Source of the DNA: Candidatus Woesearchaeota archaeon
GTDB taxonomy: Archaea > Nanobdellota > Nanobdellia > Woesearchaeales > JAHWHD01
Direction of reading: 5' to 3'
Length of the DNA: 64,000 nt
Assembly (NCBI GenBank): GCA_019323515.1
Contig: JAHWHG010000003.1
Coordinates: forward strand, 31,873 to 95,872
The notes beneath the pieces were generated by a model. It saw only the letters and a program-made list of their open reading frames with translations. It was not told where the DNA came from and did not search any database. The position numbers and the translations under genes are program-made. Numbering within the stretch: position 1 is the stretch's first letter; every line of letters begins with the position of its first letter. Below, in pieces: positions 18,637 to 26,524 of the stretch.

Positions 18637-19277
18637 CAATGATGAGAAAAGTCTTAATATATGTTTTTTTATTCCTAATCCTTGCAACCTCAGTCTTTTC
18701 TATCCCTTGTCTAGACCTACGAATTATTCTTTCTGATGATGATATTAGTGTTGATTATTCAGTTTTTGATGGTGAATTGGATTATACTTTTTCAGATAAA
18801 GGTGATTATGAATTAAGTCTTTTAGGGAACCAGGGAGTTTTGTTTCAAAATTATTATTCTTTTAGTAGGATAATGGATAATAAAAGAATTGATCTTGAAG
18901 ATACAAAGCTAATTTCAGATGTTATTCCATTTACTAAGGAAATGAAGTTTTTTGAGTTGAGAAGAGATAATGAACTGCTTAAACGAATTGAATTAGAACT
19001 TTGTAATGATAATGGCCTATGTGATTCTAAGGAGAATTCCTTAACTTGTAATGATTGTAATCCAGAAGGACAAGATAACTTGTGTATTAGCATTGAAGAT
19101 GATTTTTGTGACCCTGATTGTTTAGAGGGATTTGATCCTGATTGTTTAATAGAAGAGACAAAAGAAACTTCGAAATTGAAATGGCTTTTGTGGATTTTTG
19201 GTTTTATCCTGTTAGCTGTTTTAACCTTCTTGTACTTTAAAATTATAAAGAAGGAGAAATCTGTTGTGAAATCTTAG
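18633..19277 (+). CDS. Cys-rich surface protein with an N-terminal signal peptide and a C-terminal TM anchor.
   Basis: The N-terminus is MTMMRKVLIYVFLFLILATSVFS. A CNDNGLCDSKENSLTCNDCNPEG...CDPDC...DPDC Cys cluster is present. The C-terminal TM is WLLWIFGFILLAVLTFLYF followed by KIIKKEK. Confidence 0.45.
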   Translation: MTMMRKVLIYVFLFLILATSVFSIPCLDLRIILSDDDISVDYSVFDGELDYTFSDKGDYELSLLGNQGVLFQNYYSFSRIMDNKRIDLEDTKLISDVIPFTKEMKFFELRRDNELLKRIELELCNDNGLCDSKENSLTCNDCNPEGQDNLCISIEDDFCDPDCLEGFDPDCLIEETKETSKLKWLLWIFGFILLAVLTFLYFKIIKKEKSVVKS

Positions 19278-20064
19278 TATTGAACTCGTTTGCTGCTGTG
19301 ATTGTTAATTGCTTTGCTTGTCTTATAAGGTTTATTGCTTGGTTCGTGTCAGTTGCAATGAGTTGTTCTGCCTGTTGTATTAATGATGATGCTTCTTCTA
19401 TTGCTTGTTCAAGAGGTTCTAATATATTGGCTGGAGCTTCTAAGTGTTGGCTTGTTATACTGTCAATTATTGACTGCGCGTCCTGAATCTCTTTGTTTAT
19501 TATCGTAATAATCTTCTGTTCCAAGCTTATAATTATTTCCCGTGATTTTTCAAGTGACTTGACAGGATTTTTTTTAATCAGTCTTTCTGATTCTTTAAGC
19601 TCTTTTTCATTTTTTCTTGTGTCAATCATTAAGTTTTGTGCAACTGTTATGTCTTTCTTAGCTTTTGATAAAGCGTCAATTGCATGAGGTCTTTTAGAAA
19701 ATAATGCTTCAATAAGTGCAGTGAAAGGGATGAGGTTTGTCACGAATTCAATAGCTTCGCCTACAACAGGAATAAAGCTTAGGAAGAAGTTTGCAACAGC
19801 AAGCGCGTTTATTGTAGCCCAAAACTTCCCTACAATCTTTCTTTGTCTTGAGTAGATAATGATTGCTGCAATCCAGTCACCTATATCAAAACCCAGAGTT
19901 CCAACTCCAATGAAATTGTCAAGGTGCGACAATGCAAAGTCAAGGAAGTCGTAAAATAAAGCCACTATTTGTTTTCTGAATATGTACAGCAGTAGAAGTA
20001 TTATTGCTATAATCCCATATATCCCAAAAGTATTCCAGAACCAAGTAAGGAGTTCTAATACCAT
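19243..20064 (-). CDS. Integral membrane protein with 3-4 TM helices and a C-terminal coiled-coil domain.
   Basis: The N-terminal half is hydrophobic. The C-terminal 130 aa is Q/E/K-rich with heptad character. Confidence 0.4.
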   Translation of the reverse strand: MVLELLTWFWNTFGIYGIIAIILLLLYIFRKQIVALFYDFLDFALSHLDNFIGVGTLGFDIGDWIAAIIIYSRQRKIVGKFWATINALAVANFFLSFIPVVGEAIEFVTNLIPFTALIEALFSKRPHAIDALSKAKKDITVAQNLMIDTRKNEKELKESERLIKKNPVKSLEKSREIIISLEQKIITIINKEIQDAQSIIDSITSQHLEAPANILEPLEQAIEEASSLIQQAEQLIATDTNQAINLIRQAKQLTITAANEFNTKISQQISPSL

Positions 20065-20154
20065 AAGAATAATATTTATATTAGTTTATATATATCTTTC
20101 TGTGCATTTCAAACCTAAAATTATTTATAATATGACTTTATTTAGTTCACTGGG

Positions 20155-21126
20155 GTGTTTATAATGTTTAAGATGGATGTTATCGAAATTATTGCAAAAA
20201 TCAAGGAAAATTCAGGTTTATCTGAAGGTGAAATTAACGCTAGGATTGATAAAAAACTAAACCAGCTTTCTGGTCTGATATCTAAAGAGGGTGCTGCACA
20301 TATTGTGGCAAATGAATTAGGCGTAAAGTTGTTTGAGCAATTATCTGGTAAACTACAAGTTAAAAATGTTCTTCCAGGATTGAGGAATGTCGAGATTGTT
20401 GGAAAGGTTCAGAGAGTCTTTGATGTTAAAGAATTTAAGGTTGGGGAAAGAGAGGGTAAGGTCTTATCAATGGTTGTTGGTGATGAGACGGGTGTGATTA
20501 GAGCTGTATTGTGGAATGATCAGGTTGATTTAGGAAAGAACTTGAAAGAGGGTGATATTGTAAGAGTATCAAATGCCTATGTTAAAGAGAATCAAGGTAG
20601 GAAAGAGATTCACCTTAATGATAAAAGTAAACTTGAGATTAATCCTCCTGGTGAAAGTGTTGGTGAGGTAAGTAAGGTAACTGCAGTGCGAAAGAAGGTT
20701 TCAGAACTTAAAGAAGCTGAAGATAATGTTGAAATCTTAGGTACAATTGTCCAAGCATTTGATTTAAGGTTTTTCGAGGTATGTCCAAATTGTGGAAAGC
20801 GGGCAAGGTCTAGGGATGATGGTTTTTATTGTGATGTGCATAATAAGGTTGAACCTGAGCATTCGTATGTTATGAATGCTATAATTGATGATGGTACTGA
20901 TAATATCAGGTGTGTATTTTTTAAGAATCAGGTTCAAAACCTTTTACAGTTAAATGATACAAAAATTCAGGCTAAAAGAACCAATCCCGATGAGTTTGAT
21001 GTTGAGCAGGTTATACTTGGACAAATTATTAAGTTAATTGGAAGGGTTACAAAGAACCAGATGTTTGACAGGGTTGAGTTTGTTTCTCAAATGGTTTTTC
21101 ATCCGAAACCTGAAGAAGAATTATGA
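20155..21126 (+). CDS. Replication protein A-like ssDNA-binding protein with an OB fold and a C-terminal zinc ribbon.
   Basis: OB-fold-like segments include KVLSMVVGDETGVIRAVLWNDQ. The zinc ribbon reads CPNCGKRARSRDDGFYCDVHNK. It neighbours radA. Confidence 0.55.
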   Translation: MFIMFKMDVIEIIAKIKENSGLSEGEINARIDKKLNQLSGLISKEGAAHIVANELGVKLFEQLSGKLQVKNVLPGLRNVEIVGKVQRVFDVKEFKVGEREGKVLSMVVGDETGVIRAVLWNDQVDLGKNLKEGDIVRVSNAYVKENQGRKEIHLNDKSKLEINPPGESVGEVSKVTAVRKKVSELKEAEDNVEILGTIVQAFDLRFFEVCPNCGKRARSRDDGFYCDVHNKVEPEHSYVMNAIIDDGTDNIRCVFFKNQVQNLLQLNDTKIQAKRTNPDEFDVEQVILGQIIKLIGRVTKNQMFDRVEFVSQMVFHPKPEEEL

Positions 21127-21160
21127 TTAAGGGTTAGAAAGATTTTTATATCTTTATCTT

Positions 21161-21628
21161 TTGATTTGTCTTATGTTAGCAAAGACACATTTAGCTTTTG
21201 GATTTTTGTTTGGGCTAGTATTAATGCCTTTAGTTCCTGTTAGTAATGTAATTGTTTATTGTGCTCTGCTATTATTGTTTAGTGTTTTTCCTGATATTGA
21301 TACCCCTAATAGTTTCATTAGTCGAAAGATAGGTTTTATGTCAGGATTTGCAAGGTTTTTTGTTAAGCATAGAGGCATATTTCATAGTTTGCTTTTTGCT
21401 TTACTTTTTAGTGTTCCTGTATTGGTTTTCTGGAATAAAGCTTATGGGTTTGCAATATTTTTTGGTTATATATCGCATCTTATAATTGATGGTTTTACAA
21501 AAGCAGGGATTAATTTTTTGCATCCCTTTGGAAATCTGAGATTACAAGGTTTTGTTGAGACAGGAAGTCTTGTTGAGACTGGTTTCTTTTTGACTTTTAT
21601 TGTTTTAATTATTGCTTTTTTGATTTGA
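21161..21628 (+). CDS. Membrane protein resembling DUF457 (YdjM-type), a membrane-bound metal-dependent hydrolase.
   Basis: It has 4 TM segments and the motifs THLAFG, DIDTP and HRGIFHS. Confidence 0.35.
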   Translation: MICLMLAKTHLAFGFLFGLVLMPLVPVSNVIVYCALLLLFSVFPDIDTPNSFISRKIGFMSGFARFFVKHRGIFHSLLFALLFSVPVLVFWNKAYGFAIFFGYISHLIIDGFTKAGINFLHPFGNLRLQGFVETGSLVETGFFLTFIVLIIAFLI

Positions 21629-21854
21629 GCACTGGACATCTTGAATTTTCTTGTTTGAGACCTTCTCCTTTAAGAATTCTTTAGTTTTGGTTAGCACTGG
21701 ACACTGGACAAATCTACATGTGAAGTATATAAATGAGTTTTGTCTTATATCTATTAGGTTTGTTAATTCAAGCCTACTCCACTGCCTGGGGTCCTAGTTA
21801 TCCATAATCAAGGGCAGTTGAAATAAAATGCGAAAAGCAATGGAGGTGTTTGTT

Positions 21855-22142
21855 ATGGCAGAAGCTGTACAACCTGAAATAAAATTTAGCACAGGTGCTA
21901 TCCAAGCAACTGTGTGGAAAAACCAAGGCACATCAAAGTCTGGTGAAGCCACAGAATTTAGAACTATTTCCTTTGGAAGGAGATATAAAGACAAAGAAGG
22001 AAATTGGAGGTCTACTAATTCTTTAAGGATTAATGATCTTCCGAGGGCTGTAATCGTCCTCAACAAAGCTTATGAGTACCTTGTTCTTCGGAACAAGGCA
22101 GATGATTCTTTTCATATTGATGAAGAGGATATTGTAATGTAG
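21855..22142 (+). CDS. Small hypothetical protein, possibly a PC4/YdbC-like ssDNA-binding fold.
   Basis: [24 protein letters not shown] loosely resembles YdbC/PC4-like proteins. An upstream GGAGGTG ribosome-binding site is present. The ORF track starts at 21828. Confidence 0.3.
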   Translation: MAEAVQPEIKFSTGAIQATVWKNQGTSKSGEATEFRTISFGRRYKDKEGNWRSTNSLRINDLPRAVIVLNKAYEYLVLRNKADDSFHIDEEDIVM

Positions 22143-22159
22143 AAATATTAAAATACGAG

Positions 22160-23236
22160 GTGATTATTATGGGTTCAAAGGCAAAAAAACGAGAAGAATT
22201 TGAATTAAAGGAGGAGATTGTTATGGAAGATAATCTAAATGTTGAGAATAATGCTCAAGAGGAAGAAAGTGTTGAAGTAGGTAAGGAAGTTGAGGTAAAG
22301 AAAGAGGTAGAAGTTACAATTAGGGATATACCTGGAGTTGGAGCAGCAACTGCTGAAAAGTTGGAAGCAGCTGGTTTTACAGACTTGCTTAGTATTGCTG
22401 TATCAAGTCCTGGTCAGATGGTTGAGGCTGCAGGAGTATCAGAGGCTGTTGCACGAAAGATGATACAGTTTGCTAGGGATAGCCTGCAGATGGGTTTTGA
22501 GTCTGGTGACGTACTCCTGAAGAAAAGAGAGTCAATAGTTAAAATATCTACAGGGTCTAAGGCGTTTGATGAACTGCTTGGAGGTGGTTTTGAGACTGGA
22601 GCTATAACAGAATGTTTTGGTGAGTTTGGTTCTGGTAAAACGCAGATAGGGCATATACTTGCTTCGTCAATGCAGAAGATAAGTCAAAATGCTGTTGCTG
22701 TTTATGTTGACACTGAGAACACTTTCAGGCCTGAAAGAATAATGCAGCTTGCACAAGGAATGAATCTTGATCCTGAGCTTGCTCTTAAGAACATTAAGAT
22801 TGCTCGTGCATATAACTCAGACCATCAGATGTTATTGACTGATAAGGTTGAAGACTTGATTAAGAATGGGCTTAATGTTAAGGTTGTGATTATTGATTCA
22901 TTAACTGCACATTTCAGGGCTGAGTTTATAGGTAGAGGTACGCTTGCAGAGAGGCAACAGAAACTTAATAAGCATATGCATACTTTGTTGAAGCTTGCTG
23001 ATACTTATAATCTAGCGGTCTATGTTACTAACCAGGTTATGGCTAAGCCTGACCAATTCTTTGGAGATCCTACAGCTGCTATAGGAGGGCATATTGTTGC
23101 GCATGCATCTACCTTTAGGATTTACCTGCGAAAAGGTAAGAAAGGAAGTAGGGTAGCGAAGTTGATTGACAGTCCTAACCTACCTGAGAGTGAGTGTAAT
23201 TTCTATGTTGAGACTGATGGTTTAAGAGATCTTTGA
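22160..23236 (+). CDS. radA: DNA repair and recombination protein RadA.
   Basis: An HhH region ([20 protein letters not shown]) is followed by a RecA core with the Walker A motif GEFGSGKTQ and Walker B-region motif [17 protein letters not shown]. Confidence 0.9.
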   Translation: MIIMGSKAKKREEFELKEEIVMEDNLNVENNAQEEESVEVGKEVEVKKEVEVTIRDIPGVGAATAEKLEAAGFTDLLSIAVSSPGQMVEAAGVSEAVARKMIQFARDSLQMGFESGDVLLKKRESIVKISTGSKAFDELLGGGFETGAITECFGEFGSGKTQIGHILASSMQKISQNAVAVYVDTENTFRPERIMQLAQGMNLDPELALKNIKIARAYNSDHQMLLTDKVEDLIKNGLNVKVVIIDSLTAHFRAEFIGRGTLAERQQKLNKHMHTLLKLADTYNLAVYVTNQVMAKPDQFFGDPTAAIGGHIVAHASTFRIYLRKGKKGSRVAKLIDSPNLPESECNFYVETDGLRDL

Positions 23237-23271
23237 ATAATTTTTTATATTATTACTTTTTTCTATTTCTT

Positions 23272-23790
23272 ATGAGATTATTTATTGCTGTTGATGTTCC
23301 GAAAGAAGTAAGTGATTATCTTGTAGATGTACAGAAGAAGGTTGGTAGAGTTAGGAGCAATATTAATTATGTTAAGCATTTTCATTGTACGTTTAAGTAT
23401 TTAGGTGATGCTGATGTTAATAAGGTTAGGGAAGGTTTGAGGAAGGTTAAGTATAGTAAATTTAAAGTTCATTTGCATAAGTTAGGAGTTTTTCCAGATA
23501 ATGGTCTGCCGCGTGTTTTATGGGTGGGTTTAAGTCCATGGGAGGATTTGCAGAAGTTGCATACATCTATTGAGTATGCCATTAAGAATATGGAGATTAA
23601 GGGCTTTGTTCCACATATTACTCTTGGAAGAGTTAAATTCCTTAAGAATAAGGTTATGTTTAAAGAGTACTTAGAGACAATAAAGATTGCTAAGCTAGAG
23701 TTTGAGGTTAGGTCCTTTAAGTTGTATAACAGTACTTTAACCCCTAATGGGCCTGTTTATGAGGTTATTGAGGAGTATGAGTTAGGTTAA
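23272..23790 (+). CDS. RNA 2',3'-cyclic phosphodiesterase / 2'-5' RNA ligase (LigT/ThpR, 2H phosphoesterase).
   Basis: It has two H-x-T/S-x motifs, HCTFKYLG and HITLGRV, at the spacing expected for the 2H family. The ORF track starts at 23233. Confidence 0.7.
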   Translation: MRLFIAVDVPKEVSDYLVDVQKKVGRVRSNINYVKHFHCTFKYLGDADVNKVREGLRKVKYSKFKVHLHKLGVFPDNGLPRVLWVGLSPWEDLQKLHTSIEYAIKNMEIKGFVPHITLGRVKFLKNKVMFKEYLETIKIAKLEFEVRSFKLYNSTLTPNGPVYEVIEEYELG

Positions 23791-24210
23791 TTATTTCCAA
23801 AGTGTGTACTTCTTTGTCAGTTCTGTGACCTTGTCCCAGTCATCAAAGATTACAATTCCGTAGTAGATTGCATCTTCTTCCTTAAATTCCTTGCTTTTAT
23901 TTGGGTCATCGAATGTTCCTATCTTGTTTATGAAGTCAGGAAAGTCTACAAAGTTGACATTGGCTTCTATCAGTTTTTTTCTCAAATCCTTTATACTAGA
24001 ATTCTTTGCTTTACAGATTATAAACGGAAGTTCTGAGACATTAGGGTGGCTGTTACCTTCTGCATCTTTGTAATCAACCAATCTTAAGTCTTCTTTATCT
24101 TCAATGGATGCTCCTAAACCAATTGACATATGGGCAAGAGCATTCATAACTAATCCAGGTTCTACTTTACCGTTAAGTATAGCTACTATCTTTTTTTTGT
24201 ATTTTTCCAT
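23791..24210 (-). CDS. Hypothetical protein of 139 aa.
   Basis: It is an ORF with no recognised motif. Confidence 0.35.
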   Translation of the reverse strand: MEKYKKKIVAILNGKVEPGLVMNALAHMSIGLGASIEDKEDLRLVDYKDAEGNSHPNVSELPFIICKAKNSSIKDLRKKLIEANVNFVDFPDFINKIGTFDDPNKSKEFKEEDAIYYGIVIFDDWDKVTELTKKYTLWK

Positions 24211-24247
24211 TTTGTTTTTAGAAAACTTTGTTTATTTAAATCTGTTG

Positions 24248-24652
24248 CTATAGTTCGCTTCTAAACTCCTTAACCTCATCTTCCATATCAACTTCTTCTT
24301 TTGATGTTTGGATGATTTTGTGAGGTTTTTCAATCTTGAAGTATTTAATTGGCTTGTTCATTTCCTTTGCGATTTTGATTTCTGCTAGTACTCCATTGGA
24401 GATTGGGCCGAAGACCCATAACTCGTCTGATTTTATTACCAAATTGTTATTGCCTTCTCTTATCAAATCCCTGTTGACTGAGTCTAACATGAAGTAGTCA
24501 AAGATCATAAATGGGTTAAGAGGAACTTTTTGTTGCTCAATCACATACTTTGAGATGTGCATCCTGTAGTAGAAAAGGTGCTTTGACATTGCGGTGTAAA
24601 CAAGGGCTTTGTTTTCCTTAAGGTTAAGTGCTTGATGGTTGAATTCTGTCAT
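24248..24652 (-). CDS. Hypothetical protein of 134 aa, possibly with a nucleoside 2-deoxyribosyltransferase-like (DUF4406-like) fold.
   Basis: The C-terminal ELWVFGPISNGVLAEIKIAKEMNKPIKYF matches the pattern seen in that fold family. Confidence 0.3.
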   Translation of the reverse strand: MTEFNHQALNLKENKALVYTAMSKHLFYYRMHISKYVIEQQKVPLNPFMIFDYFMLDSVNRDLIREGNNNLVIKSDELWVFGPISNGVLAEIKIAKEMNKPIKYFKIEKPHKIIQTSKEEVDMEDEVKEFRSEL

Positions 24653-24769
24653 GTCTTAGCATGAGATGTGTTTAATTATATGTTTTTCTGTTCTTTTGTA
24701 CTTTATAATGTGTGTTAGGCTACCTCTTTATTAGTTAATTTTATTAATTAGTGCTAAATTTTTCTTATC

Positions 24770-24979
24770 ATGGGAATTAAAATCGATTATAGTAAATGTT
24801 GCTGGAAGGATGGAAAATGTACTAGTTGCTCATGTGGTGGTGCATGTGTTGGCTGTGTTGAAGCTTGTTCAGTTGATGCGATCACAAGAGAAGATATTGT
24901 TAAGGTTGATCAAGATAAATGCATAAGCTGCGGTGCGTGTGTTGAAGCGTGTAAGCATAATGCTATTTCTTTAAGTTGA
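24770..24979 (+). CDS. Small 4Fe-4S ferredoxin-like protein.
   Basis: CISCGACVEACKHNAI is a CxxCxxCxxxC motif. A second atypical Cys cluster, CTSCSCGGACVGCVEAC, is also present. Confidence 0.5.
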   Translation: MGIKIDYSKCCWKDGKCTSCSCGGACVGCVEACSVDAITREDIVKVDQDKCISCGACVEACKHNAISLS

Positions 24980-25161
24980 ATTTTAATATTGGTATTATTT
25001 AAATATCGCAATAGTAACCTTTATAAACACCTCCTTTGTTTAACCTATTCAGAGCCTAATCTCTTAGTGTATTGCTAGGAGGTCTGCGATGGGCGATAAA
25101 GATTGCGGTAATAAATCATAATTCTGAATTATTACTGACTGAATATTAAAGGTGAGATTAT

Positions 25162-25767
25162 ATGACAGAAGAACAACCACAGTTTTTAGTTGCACAAGAC
25201 ATGTATCTTAAATCGGGGATACATATAGGTACAAAGTTTAAGACAAAGTATATGGAAGAGTTTATATATAAGACTAGGACAGATGGATTAAGTGTTCTGA
25301 ACCTGCAGAAGATTGATGAAAGATTAAAGGTAGCTGCTGATATGCTAGCACAGTTTGAGCCAGAGGATATCTTGATTGTGAGCAGGAGGGAGAATGGTTG
25401 GAAGTCAATTAAGTTATTTGGGAAGATGACTGGTATTGATGTATTTGCTGGTAGGTATCCACCAGGAGTTATGACAAATCCTTTACTTTCAAATTATATT
25501 GAAAAGAAGGTTCTTTTTGTGACTGATCCCTGGCCTGATAGGAATGCTATAAATGATGCTTTGAAAATTGGAATTCCAGTCATCGCATTATGTGATACTA
25601 ATAATCAGCCTAACAACATCGATTTAGTGGTTCCTGCAAACAATAAAGGTAAGAAATCTTTAGGTTTGATATTTTACATTCTTACAAGAGAGTATCTGCA
25701 GGCTAAAGGTAAGCTTTTGAAAGGGCAAGAACTTGATGTAAGTGTAGATGACTTTACTGAAGAATAG
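25162..25767 (+). CDS. rps2: 30S ribosomal protein uS2.
   Basis: The N-terminal FLVAQDMYLKSGIHIGTKFKTKYMEEFIYKTRTDGLSVLNLQKIDERL matches the archaeal/eukaryotic S2 (SA) family. Confidence 0.85.
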   Translation: MTEEQPQFLVAQDMYLKSGIHIGTKFKTKYMEEFIYKTRTDGLSVLNLQKIDERLKVAADMLAQFEPEDILIVSRRENGWKSIKLFGKMTGIDVFAGRYPPGVMTNPLLSNYIEKKVLFVTDPWPDRNAINDALKIGIPVIALCDTNNQPNNIDLVVPANNKGKKSLGLIFYILTREYLQAKGKLLKGQELDVSVDDFTEE

Positions 25768-25783
25768 AATTTTATTTTTTTAA

Positions 25784-26449
25784 TTATAAATTTTTTTCAA
25801 TTCCTTTTTCTATTATTTTAAACTTAACAGATGATTCTTTTAGAAAGCGATGTTTTCTTAAAATAGCGGTTCTTGACTGGTCTTGGTTGTTTTGAAGTTC
25901 TATAAGGCATTTACTACTGTACTTAAGTAGGTCGCCTCCAACCATATTAACCTTTGATTTATCTTCAAAGTTTGAATAAATCTGGTTTGAAACAAGGATG
26001 GGTATGTTCTTTTTCCTTGCAATTTCAGTGAGTATGCCTAACTGATTTCCAAGTTGTTTATTTACTTCGTAGACCTCTTCTGATTTTCCGAGTTCTAATC
26101 TATACAACATGGCTATACTGTCTATTACAATAAGGCCGATTTCACCGTTTGCTATCTTCTTTATACTTTCAAAAGCTGCAACCTGTTCTTCAAAGTTAGT
26201 GGGCTTAAAAAATAGAAAGTTTGAAAGAATTTTTTTGTGCTCTCCTGTAAGTTGTTTTAATCTTGTGACACTAAAGCCACCTTCTGTGTCTACATAAATT
26301 ACTTTCTTGTTCTTTGCAATTTCTGTTGCTGAGATAAGGCAGAGACAGGTCTTTCCAGAACCTGATGGACCGTAGATTGTTGTGATAATGCCTTTTTCAT
26401 AACCGCCGTTTAGCAGGCTGTCAATCAACTCAGAACCTGTGGGTATCAT
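25784..26449 (-). CDS. radB: RadB-like RecA-superfamily ATPase (archaeal RadA paralog).
   Basis: It is 221 aa with Walker A GPSGSGKT and Walker B LIVIDSIAMLYR. Its size and lack of an HhH domain fit RadB. A KaiC-like ATPase is not excluded. Confidence 0.6.
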   Translation of the reverse strand: MIPTGSELIDSLLNGGYEKGIITTIYGPSGSGKTCLCLISATEIAKNKKVIYVDTEGGFSVTRLKQLTGEHKKILSNFLFFKPTNFEEQVAAFESIKKIANGEIGLIVIDSIAMLYRLELGKSEEVYEVNKQLGNQLGILTEIARKKNIPILVSNQIYSNFEDKSKVNMVGGDLLKYSSKCLIELQNNQDQSRTAILRKHRFLKESSVKFKIIEKGIEKNL

Positions 26450-26524
26450 ACAGGATTGGAAGGTGTTTTTTCTTATAAAGATTGCTAAATATATTTAAAT
26501 ACGTCTTTACATATAACATCATTT

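Noticed and set aside
19280-19687. Plus-strand ORFs 19280..19486 and 19493..19687.
   Set aside because: They are antisense to the 273-aa membrane/coiled-coil gene on the minus strand, which is longer and has a coherent domain layout. They are Cys/Ile-rich frame artefacts.
21161-21628. Candidate prepilin peptidase for the pilin island.
   Set aside because: The protein is polytopic and sits near the island, but it lacks the paired Asp / GxGD signature of PibD/EppA/FlaK aspartyl peptidases. Its motifs fit DUF457/YdjM-type hydrolases instead.
21794-22066. 90-aa minus-strand ORF.
   Set aside because: It overlaps the plus-strand small ORF, which has a GGAGGTG ribosome-binding site and operon continuity with radA.
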